Of a DNA stretch of 64,000 nucleotides, positions 49,301 through 63,200 are shown piece by piece. Numbering within the stretch: the stretch's first letter is position 1; each line of letters starts with the position of its first letter. Position numbers and translations under genes: made by a program. The stretch is from Eledone cirrhosa (taxonomy: Eukaryota), in contig OZ024749.1 in NCBI GenBank assembly GCA_964016885.1, positions 19,592,001 to 19,656,000 of the forward strand, given 5' to 3'. The notes under the pieces were generated by a model, which saw only the letters and a list, made by a program, of their open reading frames with translations, was not told the origin of the DNA and did no database searches.

Positions 49301-52300
49301 CATTGTTAATGACTGTATTTACACTATCTATACACTGTTAATGACTGTATTTACACTATCTATACACTGTTAATGACTGTATTTACACTATCTATACACT
49401 GTTAATGACTGTATTTACACTATTTGTACATTGTTAATGACTGTTTTTTACACTATCTATACACTGTTAATGACTGTATTTACACTATCTATACACTGTT
49501 AATGACTGTATTTACACTATCTATACACTGTTAATGACTGTATTTACTCTATCTATACACTGTTAATGACTGTATTTACACTATCTATACACTGTTAATG
49601 ACTGTATTTACACTATCTATACACTGTTAATGACTGTATTTACACTATTTATATACTGTTAATAACTGTATTTACACTATCTATACACTGTTAATGACTG
49701 TATTTACACTATCTATACACTGTTAATGACTGTATTTACACTATCTATACACTGTTAATAACTGTATTTACACTATCTATACATTGTTAATGACTGTATT
49801 TACACTATCTATACACTGTTAATGACTGTATTTACACTATCTATACACTGTTAATGACTGTATTTACACTATCTATACACTGTTAATAACTGTATTTACA
49901 CTATCTATACACTGTTAATAACTGTATTTACACTATCTATACACTGTTAATGACTGTATTTACACTATCTATACATTGTTAATGACTGTATTTACACTAT
50001 CTATACACTGTTAATGTCTGTATTTACACTATTTATACACTGTTAATGACTGTATTTACACTATCTATACATTGTTAATGACTGTATTAACATTATCTAT
50101 ACACTGTTAATGACTGTATTTACACTATCTATACACTGTTAATGACTGTCTTTACACTATCTATACACTGTTAATGACTGTATTTACACAATCTATACAT
50201 TGTTAATGACTGTATTTACACTATCTATACACTGTTAATGACTGTATTTACAGTATCTATACACTGTTAATGACTGTATTTACACTAGCTATACACTGTT
50301 AATGACTGTATTTACACTATCTATACACTGTTAATGACTGTATTTACACTATCTATACACTGTTAATGACTGTATTTACACTAACTATACACTGTTAATG
50401 ACTGTATTTACACTATCTATACACTGTTAATAACTGTATTTACACTATCTATACATTGTTAATAACTGTATTTACACTATCTATACACTGTTAATGACTG
50501 TATTTACACTATCTATACACTGTTAATGACTGTATTTACACTATCTATACACTGTTAATAACTGTATTTACACTATCTATACATTGTTAATAACTGTATT
50601 TACACTATCTATACACTGTTAATGACTGTATTTACACTATCTATACACTGTTAATGACTGTATTTACACTATCTATACACTGTAAATAACTGTATTTACA
50701 CTATCTATACATTGTTAATAACTGTATTTACACTATCTATACACTGTTAATGTCTGTATTTACACTATCTATACACTGTTAATGACTGTATTTACACTAT
50801 CTATACACCGTTAATGACTGTATTTACACTATCTATACACTGTTAATGACTGTATTAACATTATCTATACACTGTTAATGACTGTATTTACACTATCTAT
50901 ACATTGTTAATGACTGTATTTACACTATCTATACACTGTTAATGATACACTATCTATACACTGTTAATGACTGTATTAACATCATCTATACACTGTTAAT
51001 GACTGTATTTACACTATCTATACATTGTTAATGACTGTATTTACACTATCTATACACTGTTAATGACTGTATTTACACTATCTATACATTGTTAATGACT
51101 GTATTTACACTATCTATACACTGTTAATGACTGTATTTACACTATCTATACACTGTTAATGACTGTATTTACACTATCTATACACTGTTAATGACTGTAT
51201 TTACACTATCTATACACTGTTAATGACTGTATTTACACTATCTATACACTGTTAATGACTGTATTTACACTATCTATACACTGTTAATGACTGTATTTAC
51301 ACTATCTATACACTGTTAATGACTGTATTTACACTATCTATACACTGTTAATGACTGTATTTACACTATCTATACATTGTTAATGACTGTATTTACACTA
51401 TCTATACACCGTTAATGACTGTATTTACACTATCTATACACTGTTAATGACTGTATTTAGACTATTTATACACCGTTAATGCCTGTATTTACACTATCTA
51501 TACACTGTTAATGACTGTATTTACACTATCTATACACTGTTAATGACTGTATTTACACTATCTATACACTGTTAATGACTGTATTTACACTATCTATACA
51601 CTGTTAATGACTGTATTTACACTATCTATACACCGTTAATGACTGTATTTACACTATCTATACACTGTTAATGACTGTATTAACATTATCTATACACTGT
51701 TAATGACTGTATTTACACTATCTATACACCGTTAATGACTGTATTTACACTATCTATACACTGTTAATGACTGTATTTACACTATCTATACACCGTTAAT
51801 GACTGTATTTACACTATCTATACACTGTTAATAACTGTATTTACACTATCTATACACTGTTATTGACTGTATTTACACCATCTATACATTGTTAATGACT
51901 GTATTTACACTATCTATACACCGTTAATGACTGTATTTACATTATCTATACACTGTTAATGACTGTATTTATCCTGTCTATACACCGTTAATGACTGTAT
52001 TTACATTATCTATACACTGTTAATGACTGGATTTACACTATCTATACACTGTTAATGACTGCATTTACACTATCTATACACCGTTAATGACTGTATTTAC
52101 ACTATCTATACACTGTTAATGACTGTATTTACACTATCTATACACCGTTAATGACTGTATTTACACTATATATACACCGTTAATGACTGTATTTACACTA
52201 TCTATACACCGTTAATGACTGTATTTACACTATCTATACACCGTTAATGACTGTACTTACACTATCTATACACCGTTAATGACTGTATTTACACTATCTA

Positions 52301-53730
52301 TACACTGTTAATGACTGTATTTACACTATCTATACACTGTTAATGACTGTATTTACACTATCTATACACCGTTAATGACTGTATTTACACTATCTATACA
52401 CCGTTAATGACTGTATTTACACTATCTATACACTGTTAATGACTGTATTTACACTATCTATACACCGTTAATGACTGTATTTACACTATCTATACACCGT
52501 TAATGACTGTATTTACACTATCTATACACCGTTAATGACTGTATTTACACTATCTATACACCTTTAATGACTGTATTTACACTATCTATACATTGTTAAT
52601 GACTGTATTTACACTATCTACACACTGTTAATGACTATATTTACACTATCTATACACTGTTAATGACTGTATTTACACTATCTATACACTGTTAATGACT
52701 GTATTTACACTATCTATACACTGTTAATGACTGTATTTACACTATCTATACATTGTTAATGACTGTATTTACACTATCTATACACTGTTAATGACTGTAT
52801 TTACACTATCTATACACTGTTAATGACTGTATTTACACTATCTATACACTGTTAATGACTGTATTTACACCATCTATACACTGTTAATGACTGTATTTAC
52901 ACTATCTATACACTATTAATGACTGTATTTACACTATCTATACATTGTTAATGACTGTATTTACACTATCTATACACTGTTAATGACTGTATTTACACTA
53001 TCTATACACTGTTAATGACTGTATTTACACTATCTATACACTGTTAATGACTGTATTTACACTATTTGTACATTGTTAATGACTGTTTTTTACACTATCT
53101 ATACACTGTTAATGACTGTATTTACACTATCTATACACTGTTAATGACTGTATTTACACTATCTATACACTGTTAATGACTGTATTTACACTATCTATAC
53201 ACTGTTAATGACTGTATTTACACTATCTATACACTGTTAATGACTGTATTTACACTATCTATACACTGTTAATGACTGTATTTACACTATTTATATACTG
53301 TTAATAACTGTATTTACACTATCTATACACTGTTAATGACTGTATTTACACTATCTATACACTGTTAATGACTGTATTTACACTATCTATACACTGTTAA
53401 TAACTGTATTTACACTATCTATACATTGTTAATGACTGTATTTACACTATCTATACACTGTTAATGACTGTATTTACACTATCTATACACTGTTAATGAC
53501 TGTATTTACACTATCTATACACTGTTAATAACTGTATTTACACTATCTATACACTGTTAATAACTGTATTTACACTATCTATACACTGTTAATGACTGTA
53601 TTTACACTATCTATACATTGTTAATGACTGTATTTACACTATCTATACACTGTTAATGTCTGTATTTACACTATTTATACACTGTTAATGACTGTATTTA
53701 CACTATCTATACATTGTTAATGACTGTATT
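46400..53730. repeat. Tandem duplication of a ~3.65 kb block (offset 3681, then 3642)
   Basis: ATGACTGTCT lies at 46461/50142 (3681). CCTGTC (48331/51973), CCTTTAATG (48919/52561) and the T-run variant CTGTTTTTTAC (49441/53083) all show offset 3642, after a deletion at ~50945. Confidence 0.85.
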
Positions 53731-54170
53731 TACACTATCTATACACTGTTAATGACTGTATTTACACTATTTATATACTGTTAATAACTGTATTTACACT
53801 ATCTATACACTGTTAATGACTGTATTTACACTATCTATACACTGTTAATGACTGTATTTACACTATCTATACACTGTTAATAACTGTATTTACACTATCT
53901 ATACATTGTTAATGACTGTATTTACACTATCTATACACTGTTAATGACTGTATTTACACTATCTATACACTGTTAATGACTGTATTTACACTATCTATAC
54001 ACTGTTAATAACTGTATTTACACTATCTATACACTGTTAATAACTGTATTTACACTATCTATACACTGTTAATGACTGTATTTACACTATCTATACATTG
54101 TTAATGACTGTATTTACACTATCTATACACTGTTAATGTCTGTATTTACACTATTTATACACTGTTAATA
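53230..54170. repeat. Local 15-monomer (480-bp) higher-order repeat, two copies
   Basis: TTATATACTG occurs at 53291 and 53771, and TGTTAATGTC at 53651 and 54131. The same 480-bp doublet spacing is seen at 55241/55721 and 58321/58801. Confidence 0.85.
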
Positions 54171-57100
54171 ACTGTATTTACACTATCTATACACTGTTAA
54201 TGACTGTATTTACACTATCTATATACTGTTAATGAATGTATTTACACTATCTATACACTGTTAATGACTGTATTTACACTATCTATACACTGTTAATGAC
54301 TGTATTTACACTATCTATACATTGTTAATGACTGTATTTACACTATCTATACACTGTTAATGACTGTATTTACACTATCTATACACTGTTAATGACTGTA
54401 TTTACACTATCTATACACTGTTAATGACTGTATTTACACTATCTATACACTGTTAATGACTGTATATACACTATCTATACACTGTTAATGACTGTATTTA
54501 CACTATCTATACACCGTTAATGACTGTATTTACACTATCTATACACCGTTAATGACTGTATTTACACTATCTATACACTGTTAATGACTGTATTTACACT
54601 ATCTATACACTGTTAATGACTGTATTTACACTATCTATACACTGTTAATGACTGTATTTACACTATCTATACACTGTTAATGACTGTATTTACACTATCT
54701 ATACACCGTTAATGACTGTATTTACACTATCTATACACTGTTAATGACTGTATTAACATTATCTATACACTGTTAATGACTGTATTTACACTATCTATAC
54801 ACCGTTAATGACTGTATTTACACTATCTATACACTGTTAATGACTGTATTTACACTATCTATACACCGTTAATGACTGTATTTACACTATCTATACACTG
54901 TTAATAACTGTATTTACACTATCTATACACTGTTATTGACTGTATTTACACCATCTATACATTGTTAATGACTGTATTTACACTATCTATACACCGTTAA
55001 TGACTGTATTTACATTATCTATACACTGTTAATGACTGTATTTATCCTATATATACACCGTTAATGACTGTATTTACATTATCTATACACTGTTAATGAC
55101 TGGATTTACACTATCTATACACTGTTAATGACTGCATTTACACTATCTATACACCGTTAATGACTGTATTTACACTATCTATACACTGTTAATAACTGTA
55201 TTTACACTATCTATACACTGTTAATGACTGTATTTACACTATTTATATACTGTTAATAACTGTATTTACACTATCTATACACTGTTAATGACTGTATTTA
55301 CACTATCTATACACTGTTAATGACTGTATTTACACTATCTATACACTGTTAATAACTGTATTTACACTATCTATACATTGTTAATGACTGTATTTACACT
55401 ATCTATACACTGTTAATGACTGTATTTACACTATCTATACACTGTTAATGACTGTATTTACACTATCTATACACTGTTAATAACTGTATTTACACTATCT
55501 ATACACTGTTAATAACTGTATTTACACTATCTATACACTGTTAATGACTGTATTTACACTATCTATACATTGTTAATGACTGTATTTACACTATCTATAC
55601 ACTGTTAATGTCTGTATTTACACTATTTATACACTGTTAATGACTGTATTTACACTATCTATACATTGTTAATGACTGTATTTACACTATCTATACACTG
55701 TTAATGACTGTATTTACACTATTTATATACTGTTAATAACTGTATTTACACTATCTATACACTGTTAATGACTGTATTTACACTATCTATACACTGTTAA
55801 TGACTGTATTTACACTATCTATACACTGTTAATAACTGTATTTACACTATCTATACATTGTTAATGACTGTATTTACACTATCTATACACTGTTAATGAC
55901 TGTATTTACACTATCTATACACTGTTAATGACTGTATTTACACTATCTATACACTGTTAATGACTGTATTTACACTATCTATACACTGTTAATAACTGTA
56001 TTTACACTATCTATACACTGTTAATAACTGTATTTACACTATCTATACACTGTTAATGACTGTATTTACACTATCTATACATTGTTAATGACTGTATTTA
56101 CACTATCTATACACTGTTAATGTCTGTATTTACACTATTTATACACTGTTAATAACTGTATTTACACTATCTATACACTGTTAATGACTGTATTTACACT
56201 ATCTATATACTGTTAATGACTGTATTTACACTATCTATACACTGTTAATGACTGTATTTACACTATCTATACACTGTTAATGACTGTATTTACACTATCT
56301 ATACATTGTTAATGACTGTATTTACACTATCTATACACTGTTAATGACTGTATTTACACTATCTATACACTGTTAATGACTGTATTTACACTATCTATAC
56401 ACTGTTAATGACTGTATTTACACTATCTATACACTGTTAATGACTGTATATACACTATCTATACACTGTTAATGACTGTATTTACACTATCTATACACCG
56501 TTAATGACTGTATTTACACTATCTATACACCGTTAATGACTGTATTTACACTATCTATACACTATTAATGACTGTATTTACACTATCTATACACTGTTAA
56601 TGACTGTATTTACACTATCTATACACCGTTAATGACTGTATTTACACTATCTATACACCGTTAATGACTGTATTTACACTATCTATACACCGTTAATGAC
56701 TGTATTTACACTATCTATAAACCGTTAATGACTGTATTTACACTATCTATACATTGTTAATGACTGTATTTACACTATCTATACACTGTTAATGACTATA
56801 TTTACACTATCTATACACTGTTAATAACTGTATTTACACTATCTATACACTGTTAATGACTGTATTTACACTATCTATACATTGTTAATGACTGTATTTA
56901 CACTATCTATACACTGTTAATGACTCTATTTACACTATCTATACACTGTTAATGACTGTATTTACACTATCTATACACTGTTAATGACTGTATTTACACT
57001 ATCTATACACTGTTAATGACTGTATTTACACTATCTATACACCGTTAATGACTGTATTTACACTATCTATACACTGTTAATGACTGTATTAACATTATCT

Positions 57101-57249
57101 ATACACTGTTAATGACTGTATTTACACTATCTATACACCGTTAATGACTGTATTTACACTATCTATACACCGTTAATGACTGTATTTACACTATCTATAC
57201 ACCGTTAATGACTGTATTTACACTATCTATACACTGTTAATGACTGTAT

Positions 57250-60200
57250 TTACACTATCTATACACTGTTAATGACTGTATTTACACTATCTATACATTG
57301 TTAATGACTGTATTTACACTATCTATACACTGTTAATGACTGTATTTACACTATCTATACACTGTTAATGACTGTATTTACACTATCTATACACTGTTAA
57401 TGACTGTATTTACACTATCTATACACTGTTAATGACTGTATTTACACTATCTATACACTGTTAATGACTGTATTTACACTATCTATACACTGTTAATGAC
57501 TGTATTTACACTATCTATACACTGTTAATGACTGTATTTACACTATCTATACATTGTTAATGACTGTATTTACACTATCTATACACCGTTAATGACTGTA
57601 TTTACACTATCTATACACTGTTAATGACTGTATTTAGACTATTTATACACCGTTAATGCCTGTATTTACACTATCTATACACTGTTAATGACTGTATTTA
57701 CACTATCTATACACTGTTAATGACTGTATTTACACTATCTATACACTGTTAATGACTGTATTTACACTATCTATACACTGTTAATGACTGTATTTACACT
57801 ATCTATACACCGTTAATGACTGTATTTACACTATCTATACACTGTTAATGACTGTATTAACATTATCTATACACTGTTAATGACTGTATTTACACTATCT
57901 ATACACCGTTAATGACTGTATTTACACTATCTATACACTGTTAATGACTGTATTTACACTATCTATACACCGTTAATGACTGTTGTTAATAACTGTATTT
58001 ACACTATCTATACACTGTTATTGACTGTATTTACACCATCTATACATTGTTAATGACTGTATTTACACTATCTATACACCGTTAATGACTGTATTTACAT
58101 TATCTATACACTGTTAATGACTGTATTTATCCTATCTATACACCGTTAATGACTGTATTTACATTATCTATACACTGTTAATGACTGGATTTACACTATC
58201 TATACACTGTTAATGACTGCATTTACACTATCTATACACCGTTAATGACTGTATTTACACTATCTATACACTGTTAATAACTGTATTTACACTATCTATA
58301 CACTGTTAATGACTGTATTTACACTATTTATATACTGTTAATAACTGTATTTACACTATCTATACACTGTTAATGACTGTATTTACACTATCTATACACT
58401 GTTAATGACTGTATTTACACTATCTATACACTGTTAATAACTGTATTTACACTATCTATACATTGTTAATGACTGTATTTACACTATCTATACACTGTTA
58501 ATGACTGTATTTACACTATCTATACACTGTTAATGACTGTATTTACACTATCTATACACTGTTAATAACTGTATTTACACTATCTATACACTGTTAATAA
58601 CTGTATTTACACTATCTATACACTGTTAATGACTGTATTTACACTATCTATACATTGTTAATGACTGTATTTACACTATCTATACACTGTTAATGTCTGT
58701 ATTTACACTATTTATACACTGTTAATGACTGTATTTACACTATCTATACATTGTTAATGACTGTATTTACACTATCTATACACTGTTAATGACTGTATTT
58801 ACACTATTTATATACTGTTAATAACTGTATTTACACTATCTATACACTTTTAATGACTGTATTTACACTATCTATACACTGTTAATGACTGTATTTACAC
58901 TATCTATACACTGTTAATAACTGTATTTACACTATCTATACATTGTTAATGACTGTATTTACACTATCTATACACTGTTAATGACTGTATTTACACTATC
59001 TATACACTGTTAATGACTGTATTTACACTATCTATACACTGTTAATAACTGTATTTACACTATCTATACACTGTTAATAACTGTATTTACACTATCTATA
59101 CACTGTTAATGACTGTATTTACACTATCTATACATTGTTAATGACTGTATTTACACTATCTATACACTGTTAATGTCTGTATTTTCACTATTTATACACT
59201 GTTAATAACTGTATTTACACTATCTATACACTGTTAATGACTGTATTTACACTATCTATATACTGTTAATGACTGTATTTACACTATCTATACACTGTTA
59301 ATGACTGTATTTACACTATCTATACACTGTTAATGACTGTATTTACACTATCTATACATTGTTAATGACTGTATTTACACTATCTATACACTGTTAATGA
59401 CTGTATTTACACTATCTATACACTGTTAATGACTGTATTTACACTATCTATACACTGTTAATGACTGTATTTACACTATCTATACACTGTTAATGACTGT
59501 ATATACACTATCTATACACTGTTAATGACTGTATTTACACTATCTATACACCGTTAATGACTGTATTTACACTATCTATACACCGTTAATGACTGTATTT
59601 ACACTATCTATACACTATTAATGACTGTATTTACACTATCTATACACTGTTAATGACTGTATTTACACTATCTATACACCGTTAATGACTGTATTTACAC
59701 TATCTATACACCGTTAATGACTGTATTTACACTATCTATAAACCGTTAATGACTGTATTTACACTATCTATAAACCGTTAATGACTGTATTTACACTATC
59801 TATACATTGTTAATGACTGTATTTACACTATCTATACACTGTTAATGACTATATTTACACTATCTATACACTGTTAATAACTGTATTTACACTATCTATA
59901 CACTGTTAATGACTGTATTTACACTATCTATACATTGTTAATGACTGTATTTACACTATCTATACACTGTTAATGACTGTATTTACACTATCTATACACT
60001 GTTAATGACTGTATTAACATTATCTATACACTGTTAATGACTGTATTTACACTATCTATACACCGTTAATGACTGTATTTACACTATCTATACACCGTTA
60101 ATGACTGTATTTACACTATCTATACACCGTTAATGACTGTATTTACACTATCTATACACTGTTAATGACTATATTTACACTATCTATACACTGTTAATAA

Positions 60201-63200
60201 CTGTATTTACACTATCTATACACTGTTAATGACTGTATTTACACTATCTATACATTGTTAATGACTGTATTTACACTATCTATACACTGTTAATGACTGT
60301 ATTTACACTATCTATACACTGTTAATGACTGTATTAACATTATCTATACACTGTTAATGACTGTATTTACACTATCTATACACTGTTAATGACTGTCTTT
60401 ACACTATCTATACACTGTTAATGACTGTATTTACACAATCTATACATTGTTAATGACTGTATTTACACTATCTATACACTGTTAATGACTGTATTTACAG
60501 TATCTATACACTGTTAATGACTGTATTTACACTATCTATACACTGTTAATGACTGTATTTACACTATCTATACACTGTTAATGACTGTATTTACACTATC
60601 TATACACTGTTAATGACTGTATTTACACTAACTATACACTGTTAATGACTGTATTTACACTATCTATACACTGTTAATGACTGTATTTACACTATCTATA
60701 CATTGTTAATAACTGTATTTACACTATCTATACACTGTTAATGACTGTATTTACACTATCTATACACTGTTAATGACTGTATTTACACTATCTATACACT
60801 GTTAATGACTGTATTTACACTATCTATACACTGTTAATGACTGTATTTACACTATCTATACACTGTTAATGACTGTATTTACACTATCTATACACTGTTA
60901 ATGACTGTATTTACACTATCTATACATTGTTAATGACTGTATTTACACTATCTATACACCGTTAATGACTGTATTTACACTATCTATACACTGTTAATGA
61001 CTGTATTTAGACTATTTATACACCGTTAATGCCTGTATTTACACTATCTATACACTGTTAATGACTGTATTTACACTATCTATACACTGTTAATGACTGT
61101 ATTTACACTATCTATACACTGTTAATGACTGTATTTACACTATCTATACACTGTTAATGACTGTATTTACACTATCTATACACCGTTAATGACTGTATTT
61201 ACACTATCTATACACTGTTAATGACTGTATTAACATTATCTATACACTGTTAATGACTGTATTTACACTATCTATACACCGTTAATGACTGTATTTACAC
61301 TATCTATACACTGTTAATGACTGTATTTACACTATCTATACACCGTTAATGACTGTATTTACACTATCTATACACTGTTAATAACTGTATTTACACTATC
61401 TATACACTGTTATTGACTGTATTTACACCATCTATACATTGTTAATGACTGTATTTACACTATCTATACACCGTTAATGACTGTATTTACATTATCTATA
61501 CACTGTTAATGACTGTATTTATCCTGTCTATACACCGTTAATGACTGTATTTACATTATCTATACACTGTTAATGACTGGATTTACACTATCTATACACT
61601 GTTAATGACTGCATTTACACTATCTATACACCGTTAATGACTGTATTTACACTATCTATACACTGTTAATGACTGTATTTACACTATCTATACACCGTTA
61701 ATGACTGTATTTACACTATATATACACCGTTAATGACTGTATTTACACTATCTATACACCGTTAATGACTGTATTTACACTATCTATACACCGTTAATGA
61801 CTGTACTTACACTATCTATACACTGTTAATGACTGTATTTACACTATCTATACACCGTTAATGACTGTATTTACACTATCTATACACCGTTAATGACTGT
61901 ATTTACACTATCTATACACCGTTAATGACTGTATTTACACTATCTATACACCTTTAATGACTGTATTTACACTATCTATACATTGTTAATGACTGTATTT
62001 ACACTATCTACACACTGTTAATGACTATATTTACACTATCTATACACTGTTAATGACTGTATTTACACTATCTATACACTGTTAATGACTGTATTTACAC
62101 TATCTATACACTGTTAATGACTGTATTTACACTATCTATACATTGTTAATGACTGTATTTACACTATCTATACACTGTTAATGACTGTATTTACACTATC
62201 TATACACTGTTAATGACTGTATTTACACTATCTATACACTGTTAATGACTGTATTTACACCATCTATACACTGTTAATGACTGTATTTACACTATCTATA
62301 CACTATTAATGACTGTATTTACACTATCTATACATTGTTAATGACTGTATTTACACTATCTATACACTGTTAATGACTGTATTTACACTATCTATACACT
62401 GTTAATGACTGTATTTACACTATCTATACACTGTTAATGACTGTATTTACACTATTTGTACATTGTTAATGACTGTTTTTTACACTATCTATACACTGTT
62501 AATGACTGTATTTACACTATCTATACACTGTTAATGACTGTATTTACACTATCTATACACTGTTAATGACTGTATTTACTCTATCTATACACTGTTAATG
62601 ACTGTATTTACACTATCTATACACTGTTAATGACTGTATTTACACTATCTATACACTGTTAATGACTGTATTTACACTATTTATATACTGTTAATAACTG
62701 TATTTACACTATCTATACACTGTTAATGACTGTATTTACACTATCTATACACTGTTAATGACTGTATTTACACTATCTATACACTGTTAATAACTGTATT
62801 TACACTATCTATACATTGTTAATGACTGTATTTACACTATCTATACACTGTTAATGACTGTATTTACACTATCTATACACTGTTAATGACTGTATTTACA
62901 CTATCTATACACTGTTAATAACTGTATTTACACTATCTATACACTGTTAATAACTGTATTTACACTATCTATACACTGTTAATGACTGTATTTACACTAT
63001 CTATACATTGTTAATGACTGTATTTACACTATCTATACACTGTTAATGTCTGTATTTACACTATTTATACACTGTTAATGACTGTATTTACACTATCTAT
63101 ACATTGTTAATGACTGTATTAACATTATCTATACACTGTTAATGACTGTATTTACACTATCTATACACTGTTAATGACTGTCTTTACACTATCTATACAC

